A stretch of DNA of 64,000 bases from Dehalococcoidia bacterium UBA5620 (GCA_002423605.1 DIKK01000031.1:87847-151846); one strand, 5' to 3'; numbered from the stretch's first letter, positions 48,657-59,832 are shown. Translations and numbers: made by a program. Notes: generated by a model not told the origin, from the sequence alone.

Positions 48657-50758
48657 TACTCACAAGCATTAGAGCCAGACGTTTCAGAGGCATAAAGCGA
48701 GAAACGTCGAAAACCTTCGACCCGGGCTTGAACATCATCAAGGGAAGCGATAACGAAGCAGGTAAATCCTCACTGCGCATGGCGATAACTAAATGCCTGT
48801 TTCAGGATCCCACCAGCGTAAGTGATGATACACTTAAATTGACCAGATGGGGAGAAGAGCAACTCTGGGAAGTGGAACTGGAGTTCCAAGTCGGTACGAC
48901 TTCTTACCAGCTAAGAAAGAGCTTGGAGGACAAGACTTGTAAACTCGCCCGCATTGATGCTCTAGAACATTCTATAACCAGCAAAAAGGCAGTGGCGGAT
49001 AAGATCGCAGAACTCATTGGTTGTCCTTCTGAAGTCTTCTTCGAAAGCACTGCTTGCATTGCTCAAGACGAGATGATTCGTCTTATCCCATCAGGAGCAG
49101 CTCCTGCTGAACGGAAGAGTGCCTTCGGTACATTGACACAAAGACTACAAGCCACCCTTAGTGGTGCTCAAGAGACAGACGTGTCCAACATCATATCAAG
49201 GCTGTACAACAAGGCGCACCGCAGAGAGGCCAAAGGGCCTCATTGGCAATTGCAGAGGATAACAGAACGGCTTAACGTCTTGCTTCGTGACAAGCCAGCG
49301 CAGGAGGCCAAAGTTGGGGACTTAATGGCTAAGAGAAAAGAGCTGAACCAGATAAAAAAAGATCTGGAGCAAATAAATAAAGACTTGCCTACTAAGCAGG
49401 AATTATTAGAAAAGAACAACAGGATATTTGAGTTGCAGGATGCCGTAAGTAGGGATACAAACCAATACGAAAGTTTTGAGAGAGCAAAAAAATTCAAGGA
49501 CAAATTGGATAGCATAGATAGACGGTTGGAAGAATTCGCTCATTTTTCTGGTAAAGACGCAGAGCTGCAGCAACTCGACGACTTTGGAAAAGAGCTTCAG
49601 GATCTAGAAAAACGAAAGGCTGGCATACAACGTGAATTGGGCGCAGCAGAAAAGCAGAAACCCGCCCTATGGAAACTCATACTAGGTGTGCTAGGTACAA
49701 TACTGTTCCTAGGTGGACTGGTATCAGGCTTCATCGCCAACAAATATATCTATCTTGCTCTTGGGACTCTTGGCGGGCTACTCCTCTTTGGATACTGGTT
49801 AATATCTCAAATGCTTTGGCACCGACAGATAACTTCGTTATCAAGAGAGCTGAAAAATCTGGGAAGGCAGATGTATAATCAGTTGGACTTGGTAAAGCCT
49901 ATCCTCAGTTCAATGGGCTTCAAGGATTTTAACGAGTACATTAGTGAACGCAATCGGTATGCAGGAAAGCAGGCTGAAAGAAAAGAGCCTTACAATAAGC
50001 TGAGCGGCATACTGGGTGATAAAGATTGGGAACAATTCAAGTCGGAAAATTCAGGTTTGGCAATAAAAGTGACAGCTAGCCAAGAGGAATTGAAAAGCCT
50101 TCTTCCTTTTAAGCTAGATCCGCTTCAATTGCAGAAACTTGGAACTGCAGTTAATGGGCAAGGAGGGTTAACACAGCAAACGAAAATTCTAGAAGGGAAG
50201 AAGCTCGGGCTTGATAGTTTCTTCGCATATACAGATGTGGATACGGACCAACTGGCCAGTATGGAGGAGGAGATAAAATGGCTGCAGAACGAGTTGGCAT
50301 TCTACAGCAAGAAACAAAGGATCTACGATATAGCGTGTCAGGTGCTTGATAACGCACATAAGCAAACACTTTCCAGGGCAGCTACTGTGCTTGAGAAAGA
50401 GCTGAGTAAATACATATCAACTATAACTGATGGCAGGTATAAGCAGGTCAGGATAAATGAGCAGAACCTTTCCATCCAGACTTTTTCTCCCGAGAAGAAC
50501 GATTGGGTTAATGTCGCAGAGCTTAGTCGTGCAACCCAAGACCAGTTTTACATCTGTGCCAGGTTTGCGTTGGTCAACCTAATTACGGAGGGGAAGAGGC
50601 CGCCACTCTTGCTGGATGATCCCTTTGTTAATTTCCATCAGAAAAGGCTGGAGAGAACTATCCCGCTGCTTCAGGAGCTAGCCAAAGAAAATCAAATCCT
50701 GCTGTTTACTTGCAGTGATGCCTACGACGATTACGGCCACGTGATTTCAGCCGATTAG
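48653..50758 (+). CDS. SbcC/Rad50-like ABC ATPase (AAA_23) with a central transmembrane hairpin instead of a zinc hook
   Basis: Walker A 'KGSDNEAGKSS'. Long coiled coils. 2 TM at about aa 340-385 ('ALWKLILGVLGTILFLGGLVSGFIANKYIYLALGTLGGLLLFGYWLI'). C-terminal 'PPLLLDDPFVNF' D-loop. Confidence 0.7.
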   Translation: MILTSIRARRFRGIKRETSKTFDPGLNIIKGSDNEAGKSSLRMAITKCLFQDPTSVSDDTLKLTRWGEEQLWEVELEFQVGTTSYQLRKSLEDKTCKLARIDALEHSITSKKAVADKIAELIGCPSEVFFESTACIAQDEMIRLIPSGAAPAERKSAFGTLTQRLQATLSGAQETDVSNIISRLYNKAHRREAKGPHWQLQRITERLNVLLRDKPAQEAKVGDLMAKRKELNQIKKDLEQINKDLPTKQELLEKNNRIFELQDAVSRDTNQYESFERAKKFKDKLDSIDRRLEEFAHFSGKDAELQQLDDFGKELQDLEKRKAGIQRELGAAEKQKPALWKLILGVLGTILFLGGLVSGFIANKYIYLALGTLGGLLLFGYWLISQMLWHRQITSLSRELKNLGRQMYNQLDLVKPILSSMGFKDFNEYISERNRYAGKQAERKEPYNKLSGILGDKDWEQFKSENSGLAIKVTASQEELKSLLPFKLDPLQLQKLGTAVNGQGGLTQQTKILEGKKLGLDSFFAYTDVDTDQLASMEEEIKWLQNELAFYSKKQRIYDIACQVLDNAHKQTLSRAATVLEKELSKYISTITDGRYKQVRINEQNLSIQTFSPEKNDWVNVAELSRATQDQFYICARFALVNLITEGKRPPLLLDDPFVNFHQKRLERTIPLLQELAKENQILLFTCSDAYDDYGHVISAD

Positions 50759-50926
50759 ATGTTGTGTATCCTGAACCCAACTGTAATATCTCTCTTTGGG
50801 CGCCAGATGGGGCAGAAGATGCATTGAGGCGCAAAAAAGTCTGGTGTTTACCACCTCGCTCTAACTCTCTCTAAATAAGAATACTGATATAGAATCGTGA
50901 TTTGTTGGAAGAGTTGATGGAGGACT

Positions 50927-50960
50927 CTTCCAAAAGCGACTTTAGAGATTCCTCGCTACG
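50927..50960 (-). repeat. dispersed 34-bp repeat copy (reverse complement 'gtcattctgagcgtagcgaggaatctctaaagtc')
   Basis: 30/34 identical to the 24817 copy. Followed by the 10-bp-stem hairpin at 50894-50922. Confidence 0.6.
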
Positions 50961-51059
50961 CTCAGAATGACGGGGAAAAGCCAAGAGAGAGAAGGTTAGA
51001 ATAAATGCTCCAAACTCCCCTCGTTCTGGCACAAACTTAGGATTGACTCTTGATAGCTT

Positions 51060-51455
51060 TTAGCGCTTGGTGTATTGTGGGGCTTTGCGAGCGCGCTTAA
51101 GGCCGTACTTTTTGCGTTCTTTGACCCGTGGGTCACGGGTGAGCAGTCCCTGCTGGCGCAGAACTGGCTTCATTTGTTCCCCGGACTTAACCAGAGCGCG
51201 GGCAATGCCGAGGCGGATAGCGTCAGCCCAGCCACTCATGCCGCCACCGGTCACCTTGACTTCAGCGTCATATTTGCCCATCGTTTCGGTAGCTAAAAAC
51301 GGCTGCTCGATGGTGCGACGGTGCTCATAGCGGGAGAAAAAATCCTCATAAGGCTTGCCATTGACCGTAATCTTGCCGCTGCCCGGGGAAAGTTTAACCT
51401 GGGCGATAGCGCATTTACGTCTGCCTATACCTCGTTCATATGTCTGTGTAACCAT
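51060..51455 (-). CDS. rpsI: 30S ribosomal protein S9
   Basis: C-terminal 'GGGMSGWADAIRLGIARAL...YGLKRARKAPQYTKR'. Confidence 0.9.
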   Translation of the reverse strand: MVTQTYERGIGRRKCAIAQVKLSPGSGKITVNGKPYEDFFSRYEHRRTIEQPFLATETMGKYDAEVKVTGGGMSGWADAIRLGIARALVKSGEQMKPVLRQQGLLTRDPRVKERKKYGLKRARKAPQYTKR

Positions 51456-51895
51456 TAGCTTTCACTTCCTTCAGCCGCCGACTTGGCAAGCTGTGCCTGA
51501 TGAGGATGGCTATCGCCGGCATAAACCTTGAGCTTCTTATACATGGCTCGGCCCAGATTATTGCTGGGCAACATTCCTTTGACTGCAATTTCTATCACCC
51601 TGGTAGGATGCTTGACCATCATCTCTTCAAAAGTCCGGGACTTTAAGCCTCCGGGATAACCGCTGTGTCGGTAATACACCTTCTCTTTGGCTTTCTTGCC
51701 GGTTAGCCTTACCTTGGAGGCATTAAGGATAATAACATAGTCACCGGTATCCAGATGAGTGGTATAAATCGGTTTATGTTTGCCCATAAGCAATCTCGCC
51801 GCTTCAGTGGCAAGCCTGCCCAGCGTTTTACCAGAAGCATCCATTACATGCCACTGGCGTTCAACTTCTTTGATACTAGTTGCATAGGTTTTCAT
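51455..51895 (-). CDS. rplM: 50S ribosomal protein L13
   Basis: '[16 protein letters not shown]'. Confidence 0.9.
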   Translation of the reverse strand: MKTYATSIKEVERQWHVMDASGKTLGRLATEAARLLMGKHKPIYTTHLDTGDYVIILNASKVRLTGKKAKEKVYYRHSGYPGGLKSRTFEEMMVKHPTRVIEIAVKGMLPSNNLGRAMYKKLKVYAGDSHPHQAQLAKSAAEGSES

Positions 51896-52673
51896 AGTTC
51901 AACTCCAAATTGCTGGGGTAATTAACCCTAGTAAGGCATAGACCGCACGCTGGAGCTGTAGGGCCAGCAATGCCTAACGTCTTGGCCTCCATAACACGTC
52001 GAAATTCTCCCAAATCTATCTTGCCCAGCCCCAGTCTGATGAGCAAGCCCATGGTATTCCGTACCTGATGAGGCAGAAAGGAATTCGCCATGATGTGGAA
52101 GGTAACCATCTTGCCCTTTTTCTCCACACCGGCATGGTAAACAGTGCGTATGGTGCTCTTCATCGGCCCCAAGTCGGCAGCGAACGAGGCAAAATCGTGT
52201 TCACCTCTCATAATATCAGTTGCTTTGTTTATCATATCTATATTTAACTCTTTAACTACTAAATATGCATATCCTCCAGCCAGCGGCGAGCGGATAGCGC
52301 TATTCACTATACGGTATTCATATTCACGGCTCAAGGCGTCACGCCTGATGTTGATCTCAACGCTCACTTTACGGGCGCCCCTGACCGCGATATCCCCTGG
52401 CAGGTAGTAGTTTAATGCCCTGACCAGGGTCTCAGAAGACAGAGAAGACCTAATCCAGAAGCTAACCACTTGTCCTCTGGCATGGACTCCTGCATCGGTA
52501 CGGCTGGCACACATTACGCGGCTGCTGCTATCGCCGACCACCTTCCGTATTGCCTGTTCTAGCTCGTACTGGATAGTAGGCGCATTAGCCTGCCACTGAA
52601 AACCGTGGTAGCGCTTGCCATCATACTCCACAAGCAGAACAATCTTACTGGAATTGTTAAAGAGCTTCACCAA
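51876..52673 (-). CDS. truA: tRNA pseudouridine(38-40) synthase TruA
   Basis: '[14 protein letters not shown]', '[15 protein letters not shown]'. Confidence 0.85.
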   Translation of the reverse strand: MVKLFNNSSKIVLLVEYDGKRYHGFQWQANAPTIQYELEQAIRKVVGDSSSRVMCASRTDAGVHARGQVVSFWIRSSLSSETLVRALNYYLPGDIAVRGARKVSVEINIRRDALSREYEYRIVNSAIRSPLAGGYAYLVVKELNIDMINKATDIMRGEHDFASFAADLGPMKSTIRTVYHAGVEKKGKMVTFHIMANSFLPHQVRNTMGLLIRLGLGKIDLGEFRRVMEAKTLGIAGPTAPACGLCLTRVNYPSNLELNYENLCN

Positions 52674-52689
52674 CTACCGCGTCTGGTCC

Positions 52690-53040
52690 CTACACCATCT
52701 CAAGCTGAACCATGTGTGCTCCATCGCCCAGTCTGGGGCCCAACTTAACTATTCGCGTATATCCTCCCTGACGCTGCGCGTACCGGGGAGCAAGTTCGGC
52801 AAATACCTTGCCAACTATTTTTTCATCGGTAACAAAAGCCAATGCCCGTCGCCGGGAAACAAGGCTGCCCTCTTTGCCCAGGGTAATTATCTTTTCCGCC
52901 AGACCTCGGACCTCCTTGGCTTTAGCCTCGGTGGTTACGAGCTTTTCGTGTCTGAATAGGTCAGTCGCCAAGTTACGGTACAATAGCCACCTTTGAGCTG
53001 TGGGCCTGCTAAGTCTTCGTCCAGCTACCTGATGTCTCAT
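52690..53040 (-). CDS. rplQ: 50S ribosomal protein L17
   Basis: '[28 protein letters not shown]'. Confidence 0.9.
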   Translation of the reverse strand: MRHQVAGRRLSRPTAQRWLLYRNLATDLFRHEKLVTTEAKAKEVRGLAEKIITLGKEGSLVSRRRALAFVTDEKIVGKVFAELAPRYAQRQGGYTRIVKLGPRLGDGAHMVQLEMV

Positions 53041-53071
53041 TTATATTTCCTTCGCTATTTGGAATCACGTC

Positions 53072-54055
53072 TCAAGCCTTTTCGGCAGAGGCAGACTTCT
53101 TTTTCTTTTCCTTTTTCTCTTCGGCGTCAGCCGTAACTGGTAAGTCAAGTTCTTTGAGCACAGTATCAACTTCCTCCTTGGACTTAGCTCCAAAACCAGC
53201 CAGCGTTGCCAAACCACCCACCCCCTTTTCCAGAATCTGTCCCAGCGTGGTTACGCCGCCCCTCCTCAAGCTATTATAGGTATGAGTGGACAAATTCAGC
53301 AGGTCGATGGGCAGATGGTACTGTTCCGGCGGGATCAACCTTTGCCAGGAAAGCTCAGTCCCCTCTTCTTTTAAAGTTTTAGCCAACTCTCGGAAAGAAG
53401 AGAACTGCTCCACAAGGATGGCAGCGCTCTGACTGACCGCCTCCAGCGGGGTAATAGTGCCGTCAGTCCACACTTCAAAGGAAAGCTTTTCCTGGTTATC
53501 CCCCTCCCTGATGTTGCTGCGGTCAACTGTGAAATTTACCCTGTGCACAGGAGTAAACACAGCATCTATGGGAATGGTGCCGATGGGCAGACTGTCGCTG
53601 GAGCTAGTTGACAGGTAGCCCCTGCCCAGTTCCACATTCAACTCAACACTTAGCTTAGCTTTGGGCGAATCCAGAGTAGCCAGATAAAGGTCAGGATTGG
53701 CAATTTCGAAATCTGCTGTGGTCTGGATGTCCCCAGCAGTAACTTGCTTCTCTCCCTTGACTTCCAGAAACAACTTGCCTGAGCGTTGGGAAAGGGGACG
53801 AATGCGTATCGCCTTCACGTTCAGTAAAAAGTCGATAGTATCCTCTTTGATATGTGGGATTGTGGAGAATTCATGCTGGATGCCTTCGACTAAAACCCAG
53901 GTGACAGCAGCGCCGGGCAATGAACTAAGCAATATCCGGCGCAAACTGTTGCCCATGGTAGCGCCAAAACCTCTCTCCAGAGGTTCAGCAGCGAATCGCC
54001 CGTAGGTATTAGTAGTTTCGACACATTCTACTTTTGGTAATGCTAAACCAGCCAC
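53072..54055 (-). CDS. rpoA: DNA-directed RNA polymerase subunit alpha
   Basis: 327 aa, 'GNSLRRILLSSLPGAAVT', C-terminal domain. Confidence 0.9.
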   Translation of the reverse strand: MAGLALPKVECVETTNTYGRFAAEPLERGFGATMGNSLRRILLSSLPGAAVTWVLVEGIQHEFSTIPHIKEDTIDFLLNVKAIRIRPLSQRSGKLFLEVKGEKQVTAGDIQTTADFEIANPDLYLATLDSPKAKLSVELNVELGRGYLSTSSSDSLPIGTIPIDAVFTPVHRVNFTVDRSNIREGDNQEKLSFEVWTDGTITPLEAVSQSAAILVEQFSSFRELAKTLKEEGTELSWQRLIPPEQYHLPIDLLNLSTHTYNSLRRGGVTTLGQILEKGVGGLATLAGFGAKSKEEVDTVLKELDLPVTADAEEKKEKKKKSASAEKA

Positions 54056-54064
54056 AAAGCCACC

Positions 54065-54697
54065 TCATCGAGAGTAGTATTCAACAATGACCTTTGCATC
54101 AAATTTGACTTCGATATCAGCAGGCGCGGGCAATGAAAGAACTTTCCCGATCATCTTTTCCTTGTCTAGAGCCAGCCAACAGGGAACAGTCCTGGCGCCT
54201 ATCTCTTGAGCCAGAGTCTTATAATATTCAGTCTTGGTGCTCGACGGTCTCCATATGATTATATCTCCAACCTTTATCAGATAAGAGGGGATATCAGCCC
54301 TGCGGTCATTCACCTTGAAATGACCGTGTCGCACAAGCTGTCTTGCCTGGTCACGGGAATCGCCGAAACCTAGGCGGTAAACCACGTTATCCAGCCGCCT
54401 TTCCAGTAAAATCATGAGATTGTCGCCGGTCACTCCAGGGAGCCTTTCCGCCTCAGCAAAGAACTTGATAAACTGGCGTTCCATCATCCCATAGCTATAG
54501 CGTGCCCTTTGCTTTTCGTGTAGCTGAATTCCGCGGTCAGACTTCTTGGGACGCCGTTTGGATGTGGCGTTGTGTCCTGGAGGGACATTTCTCCGTTCCA
54601 CAGCACATTTAGCGGTAAAACACCTTTCGCCCTTGAGCATCAACTTGTCGCCGATGCGGCGACACAAACGACAGTCAGCTTGTGTATAGCGTGCCAT
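54065..54697 (-). CDS. rpsD: 30S ribosomal protein S4
   Basis: 'MARYTQADCRLCRR'. ATG 54697 with a GGAGG RBS. The ORF track extends to 54730. Confidence 0.9.
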   Translation of the reverse strand: MARYTQADCRLCRRIGDKLMLKGERCFTAKCAVERRNVPPGHNATSKRRPKKSDRGIQLHEKQRARYSYGMMERQFIKFFAEAERLPGVTGDNLMILLERRLDNVVYRLGFGDSRDQARQLVRHGHFKVNDRRADIPSYLIKVGDIIIWRPSSTKTEYYKTLAQEIGARTVPCWLALDKEKMIGKVLSLPAPADIEVKFDAKVIVEYYSR

Positions 54698-54699
54698 CT

Positions 54700-55092
54700 C
54701 TATACTCGCCTCCTCTTCCGAGGACGACAACCGTTATGCGGAATAGGTGTCACATCTTTAATGCTGGTAACGACGATACCCGAAGCTTGGAGAGAGCGAA
54801 TTGCTGCCTCACGCCCGCTACCGGGCCCCTGGACGAACACCTCTACTTGTCGTAGACCGTGCTCCTTAGCCTTCTGAGCGGCCCCCTGTGCTGCTAACTG
54901 AGCGGCATAGGGGGTACCCTTTCGAGAACCCTTGAATCCTGCAGTGCCGGAGCTACCCCATGAAATTACATTGCCTTTAGTGTCGGTGAGGGTAATAATG
55001 GTGTTGTTGAAGGTGGACTGAATGAAAGCTTTGCCTTCAGCAATAAGCTTACGTTCTCGTTTTTTCCCTCCAGCCTTTCTTTTCTTAGGCAT
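54700..55092 (-). CDS. rpsK: 30S ribosomal protein S11
   Basis: '[20 protein letters not shown]'. Confidence 0.9.
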   Translation of the reverse strand: MPKKRKAGGKKRERKLIAEGKAFIQSTFNNTIITLTDTKGNVISWGSSGTAGFKGSRKGTPYAAQLAAQGAAQKAKEHGLRQVEVFVQGPGSGREAAIRSLQASGIVVTSIKDVTPIPHNGCRPRKRRRV

Positions 55093-55110
55093 ATATGTGC
55101 AATACTCCTT

Positions 55111-55500
55111 CTATTTCTTGGTCGCGCCACGCTTCTGTCCACGCCCAGCCACTGTCTTGCGTAGACCGCGTTTGGTTCGAGCATTAGTCCGTGTACGTTG
55201 TCCTCTCACCGGTAGACTGCGGCGATGCCTCACACCTCTGCGGCAGCCGATCTCGATAAGGCGTTTAATATTAAGGTTAATTTCCCTGCGTAGGTCGCCT
55301 TCCACCTTATACTCTTTATCAATAGTCTCGCGGATCTTGCTCACTTCCTGCTCAGTAAGGTCTTTAACCTTGGTGTCAGGATTCACGTCACTAGAAGCCA
55401 GAATGTCCTGGCTGGCAGTACGACCGATTCCGTAGATATACTGCAAAGATATCACTACTTTTTTCTCTTTAGGGAGGTCTATACCAGCAATACGTGCCAT
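55111..55500 (-). CDS. rpsM: 30S ribosomal protein S13
   Basis: '[26 protein letters not shown]'. Confidence 0.9.
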   Translation of the reverse strand: MARIAGIDLPKEKKVVISLQYIYGIGRTASQDILASSDVNPDTKVKDLTEQEVSKIRETIDKEYKVEGDLRREINLNIKRLIEIGCRRGVRHRRSLPVRGQRTRTNARTKRGLRKTVAGRGQKRGATKK

Positions 55501-55516
55501 CTATTTACTCCAACGA

Positions 55517-55630
55517 TTACCCTTGCCGTTGCTTATGTCTGGGATTTGTGCAAATAACTCGCACCGTCCCATGGCGCTTAATAATTTTGCATTTATCGCA
55601 ACGACGCTTAACTGAAGCTCGTACTTTCAT
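55517..55630 (-). CDS. rpmJ: 50S ribosomal protein L36
   Basis: Not in the ORF track (37 aa): [37 protein letters not shown]. Confidence 0.85.
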   Translation of the reverse strand: MKVRASVKRRCDKCKIIKRHGTVRVICTNPRHKQRQG

Positions 55631-55710
55631 CTCTGAGTCTCCTCAAATTCCAGAAAACCTTTCTATAATAAGCCTTTATGTTAAAGATGTCAAAAGGCGA
55701 GCTGCTCGGA

Positions 55711-55929
55711 CTACTTAAACCGGTAGGTAATCCTCCCCCGGGTCAAATCATAGGGCGTCAGCTCTACCAGTACCTTATCCGCAGGCAAAATCCTTATATA
55801 GTTCTTTCTCATCTTACCAGATATGTGAGCTAGGACAATATGCCCGTTAGCTAACTGTACACGGAATGTAGCATTGGGCAAAGATTCTGTTACTGTTCCT
55901 TCAACCTCTATGGCTTCTTTATCAGGCAT
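55711..55929 (-). CDS. infA: translation initiation factor IF-1
   Basis: 72 aa S1-like, '[20 protein letters not shown]'. Confidence 0.9.
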   Translation of the reverse strand: MPDKEAIEVEGTVTESLPNATFRVQLANGHIVLAHISGKMRKNYIRILPADKVLVELTPYDLTRGRITYRFK

Positions 55930-55937
55930 ATTACCCT

Positions 55938-56684
55938 TTATAATACAGTAAGTACCTCGGGTTCACCATCGCTAATTGCTATAGTGTGTTCAAAATGAGC
56001 TGAAAGGCTACCATCAGCAGTCAACACTGTCCATTGGTTATTGCTCAAGCGCGTCTGCCAGCCACCTATATTAACCATCGGCTCCAGCGCCAAAGTCATG
56101 CCTTTGCGCAATGCAGGGCCTGTGCCATGAGAGCCAAAGTTTGGCACCAGCGGGTCCTCATGCAGATTTCTGCCGACTCCATGCCCAGAATATTCCCTGA
56201 CTATAGAAAATCCCCTTGCCTCAACATATTCTTGAATAGCCGCTGAGATATCGCCCAGCCGGGCACCGCATCTCGCAGCCTTTATCCCTTCCATCAAGGC
56301 GGCCTCGGTAACATCAATCAATCTCTGCGCTTCGTTACTAATCTTACCCACTCCCATTGTCACCGTCGCATCACCATGGAAGCCCTTGACCAGAGCTCCA
56401 CAATCTATAGATACGATGTCTCCTTCATTCAACCGTCGCTCGCCGGGTATACCATGAACAATCTCATCGTTCACCGAAACACATATACTTGCCGGGTAAC
56501 CTCTGTAACCCTTGAACGAAGCCTTGGCCCCATGCTTTTGGAATTCGCTGGCGGCTATTGCATCCAGTTGTTTGGTTTTAATCCCCGGCTTTACTTCCTC
56601 CCTCAGCCTCTGCAAAACCGCGGCTACTGTGTATCCGGATTGCCTCATAATAGACACTTCATCTTTGGACTTGATGACCGTCAC
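55938..56684 (-). CDS. map: type I methionine aminopeptidase
   Basis: '[14 protein letters not shown]', metal ligands D/D/H/E/E pattern. Confidence 0.9.
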   Translation of the reverse strand: MTVIKSKDEVSIMRQSGYTVAAVLQRLREEVKPGIKTKQLDAIAASEFQKHGAKASFKGYRGYPASICVSVNDEIVHGIPGERRLNEGDIVSIDCGALVKGFHGDATVTMGVGKISNEAQRLIDVTEAALMEGIKAARCGARLGDISAAIQEYVEARGFSIVREYSGHGVGRNLHEDPLVPNFGSHGTGPALRKGMTLALEPMVNIGGWQTRLSNNQWTVLTADGSLSAHFEHTIAISDGEPEVLTVL

Positions 56685-57340
56685 TTAGCTTTGCCTAACC
56701 TCGTATCTAGCATCTCCACTATATCCTTGGATACTTCTTTTATCGTTTTTTTGCCGTCTACTTTAACCAGTTTGCCCTGATTCTGGTAATAATCGAGCAC
56801 AGGAGTAGTCTGAGCAAAATAAACCTTTAGTCGCTCTTTCACTGTTGCTTCGGTGTCATCGGCACGCTGATAAAGTTCACCGCCGCATTTGTCACACTTG
56901 CCTTTGACCTTGGGTGGCGAACTTATTTCATGATAAGGCGTCTGGCACTGGCGACAAATCCAGCGTCCGAGGAGCCGCTTCAATAGCTCTTGCTCCGGGA
57001 CTTCGATATATAATCCCATATCCAAAGCGCCACGCCGAGCTAATGCTTTATCCAGCGCCTTCGCTTGCTCTATTGTCCGGGGGAAGCCATCAAGAAGGCA
57101 GCCGTTCTTGCAATCAGGCTCATTAAGCCGTTCTGAGACGACCTGGATGGTCACCTCATCAGGTGCTAGCAACCCCTTATCCATATATCCCCTTACCGTC
57201 TGCCCCAGTTTGCTTTCTTTCTGCACTGCTTGGCGAAAAAGGTCGCCCGTGGCCAGGTGCGGCAAGTTCAACTTCTGCGAAATAACCGATGCCTGAGTGC
57301 CTTTGCCTGCCCCTGGGGCGCCGAGTAAAACTATAAACAT
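56681..57340 (-). CDS. adk: adenylate kinase
   Basis: 'LLGAPGAGKGTQA'. LID Zn site 'CRQC...CDKCGG'. Confidence 0.9.
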   Translation of the reverse strand: MFIVLLGAPGAGKGTQASVISQKLNLPHLATGDLFRQAVQKESKLGQTVRGYMDKGLLAPDEVTIQVVSERLNEPDCKNGCLLDGFPRTIEQAKALDKALARRGALDMGLYIEVPEQELLKRLLGRWICRQCQTPYHEISSPPKVKGKCDKCGGELYQRADDTEATVKERLKVYFAQTTPVLDYYQNQGKLVKVDGKKTIKEVSKDIVEMLDTRLGKAK

Positions 57341-57354
57341 CGAAGGTAATCCTC

Positions 57355-58695
57355 CTATTTTATAAAGCCTTCATAGCGGCGCATGGTGAGTTGCGCCTCT
57401 ATCTGTTTCATGGTATCTAGGGCAACACCGACAACGATGAGCATGCCTGTACTGGTTATGCCTAGGGATTGAATACCTGTGACTTGCTGACCGACGAAAG
57501 GTAACACTGCTACCACAGCTAGAAACAGCGCTCCGCCCCAGGTTAGATGATTGGTAACTTTGCTCAAATATTCGGTGGTGGGCTTGCCGGGGCGGACGCC
57601 GGGGACAAAGCCACCTTGGCGCTGCAGAGTCTTCGCCAGGTTCATCTGCTCGAATATCACCATGGTGTAGAAGAAAGTGAAACCGACAGTCATCAAAAAG
57701 TACAATCCCCAGTAGAACAAGCCGATAGGCATAGCAGCGTTAGGGCTGAACCATTCCATGATGTGCCTAGCAAAATTCGGGTCCTCCCCGAGCGGACTGG
57801 CGAAATAGCTTGCTATGGTACCCGGGAAAACCATTATCGACATGGAGAATATCAGGGGTATCATCCCTGCGCTGTTTACGCGCAGCGGTATAAACGTTGA
57901 TCCTGACTGACGATACATGCGTGCGCCCTTGAATGCCGTCCGTGCATATTGGACAGGGATACGGCGGGCGGCTTCGGTGAAGACAACTATGAGCACCAGC
58001 ATAGCCAGTGACAGAAGAAGGAAGAAGATTAGCCCGAAGAGGTTCTCCTGGGCTATAAAGCCACGCCCGGCATTCTGCGGCAAACCAGCTACAATGCCAC
58101 CGAAGATAATTAGCGAGACACCGTTACCGATGCCGCGCTCGGTAATCATCTCGCCCAGCCATATTAGGAACATGGTTCCTGCGGTCATGGAAACTATTAT
58201 GGCAAGGGTAGACAATGCATCAGAAGGAGCAACGATGCCTTGACTCCTTAGTAGCGCCAATTGAGCATAGCCTTGTAGCGCTGCCAGAGGTATCGTGAGC
58301 CAATGGGTGATCTGGTTAATACGGTTTCTCCCCGTTTCTCCTTCTTCAGCCAAAGCCCGAAGTTGCGGGACTACTGGTACCAGCAATTGCACGATAATTG
58401 AGGATGTGATATAAGGATAAACCCCCATAGCGGCCACGCTGAAGTTTCTCATAGCACCACCGCTAAATAGGTCAAGCATGCCCAAAAGCTGGTTTTTATC
58501 GAAGAGGTCGCGCAAGGCAGCCAGGTCTACTCCGGGCAGCGGTACATGAGCTATGAAGCGGAAGATCGCCAGCATGGCGATAGTGAAAAGAAGACGCCGC
58601 CTCAGGTCAGGCAACGAGAAGGCATCTGTCAATGCTTGAATAAGGCGTGGTCTGGTTGCTTTCTGCTGCATCCTAGAGTGCCTCTGTTTTTCCAC
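57355..58695 (-). CDS. secY: preprotein translocase subunit SecY
   Basis: 10-TM profile, 'GMGVYPYITSSIIVQLL'. The start may be ATG 58671. Confidence 0.9.
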   Translation of the reverse strand: MEKQRHSRMQQKATRPRLIQALTDAFSLPDLRRRLLFTIAMLAIFRFIAHVPLPGVDLAALRDLFDKNQLLGMLDLFSGGAMRNFSVAAMGVYPYITSSIIVQLLVPVVPQLRALAEEGETGRNRINQITHWLTIPLAALQGYAQLALLRSQGIVAPSDALSTLAIIVSMTAGTMFLIWLGEMITERGIGNGVSLIIFGGIVAGLPQNAGRGFIAQENLFGLIFFLLLSLAMLVLIVVFTEAARRIPVQYARTAFKGARMYRQSGSTFIPLRVNSAGMIPLIFSMSIMVFPGTIASYFASPLGEDPNFARHIMEWFSPNAAMPIGLFYWGLYFLMTVGFTFFYTMVIFEQMNLAKTLQRQGGFVPGVRPGKPTTEYLSKVTNHLTWGGALFLAVVAVLPFVGQQVTGIQSLGITSTGMLIVVGVALDTMKQIEAQLTMRRYEGFIK

Positions 58696-59116
58696 CCGCA
58701 GCGGAGATTTTACTGGCAGCAGCAGTGGAGAACTTACTAGCCTTTACTATGAGCAGACGATCAATTTTACCCTCGCCCAAGATTTTAACCGGCTGATTGA
58801 TTGACTTGATCAACCCGGCTTTGAGCAATTCCTCAGGGGTGACCTCGGAATTAGCGGCAAACTTATTAAGCGAACCCACGTTCACGATGCTGTATTTCAC
58901 TCTGTAGGTATTGCTAAACCCACGCAGTCGGGGTAAGCGCTTGATGAGGGGCAGTTGGCCGCCTTCAAAACCAGGGCGGACGCCGCCTCCAGCACGCGCT
59001 TTATGGCCTTTGCAGCCCCGGCCGGAATAATTGCCATGGCCGCTGCCATTGCCTCGCCCAACACGCTTTCTACTATGGGTGGCACCCGCCGCTGGTTTTA
59101 AGTTACTTTGATTCAT
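58673..59116 (-). CDS. rplO: 50S ribosomal protein L15
   Basis: 'KRVGRGNGSGHGNYSGRG'. Confidence 0.9.
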   Translation of the reverse strand: MNQSNLKPAAGATHSRKRVGRGNGSGHGNYSGRGCKGHKARAGGGVRPGFEGGQLPLIKRLPRLRGFSNTYRVKYSIVNVGSLNKFAANSEVTPEELLKAGLIKSINQPVKILGEGKIDRLLIVKASKFSTAAASKISAAGGKTEAL

Positions 59117-59297
59117 CGTTAACCACCTCCATTTTAACCAGATGGTTGACTTTAGCTATCATGCCTCGAATGCTGGGCGAATCTTCATGCACAACTGTTC
59201 CATTCAAGCGATGAAAGCCCAAAGCTCTCAATGTACGCTTCTGCTCTTTAATATAGCCTATAGCGCTTTTCTTCCAGGTAACGCGCAGCTTAGCCAC
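59103..59297 (-). CDS. rpmD: 50S ribosomal protein L30
   Basis: '[24 protein letters not shown]'. Confidence 0.9.
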   Translation of the reverse strand: MAKLRVTWKKSAIGYIKEQKRTLRALGFHRLNGTVVHEDSPSIRGMIAKVNHLVKMEVVNDESK

Positions 59298-59832
59298 TTA
59301 TTCCTGCCTCTCTAGGCTGAAGTCCAGCTTTTCTTTTGGCTACAGCAGCCTTGGGATTTCTGAGGCTGGTCAACCCCAGCATTGTAGCCTTAACCACGTT
59401 AATAGGATTGGCCGTGCCTAAAGATTTGGTGAGTATATCCTTAACCCCGGCAGCCTCGAGCACAGCCCGAACGCTACCACCGGCGATAAGACCGGTGCCG
59501 GGTAACGCTGGTTTGAGCAGCACTTTAGCCGCGCCAAACTTGGCTGTTATCTCGTGCGGCACAGTATTGCCGGACATGGGCACCTTGATTAGACTCTTCC
59601 GGGCAGTCACGCCGGCCTTGCGGATGGCTTCGGGCACTTCCTTTGCCTTACCTAGGCCATACCCTACATGCCCATTGCCGTCGCCGACCACTACCAGCGC
59701 TCTGAAATGCATGCGTTTACCGCCCTTAACAACCTTGGCGACGCGGTTAAGCTCCACCAGTTTCTCACTCAACTCCAGCTCACTGGCGTCGGCTTTCTCT
59801 CTCTGCCCAATTTCTTTAGTAATCGCTTTCAT
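59290..59832 (-). CDS. rpsE: 30S ribosomal protein S5
   Basis: '[27 protein letters not shown]'. Start taken at Met31 of ORF 59290-59922. Confidence 0.85.
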   Translation of the reverse strand: MKAITKEIGQREKADASELELSEKLVELNRVAKVVKGGKRMHFRALVVVGDGNGHVGYGLGKAKEVPEAIRKAGVTARKSLIKVPMSGNTVPHEITAKFGAAKVLLKPALPGTGLIAGGSVRAVLEAAGVKDILTKSLGTANPINVVKATMLGLTSLRNPKAAVAKRKAGLQPREAGISG

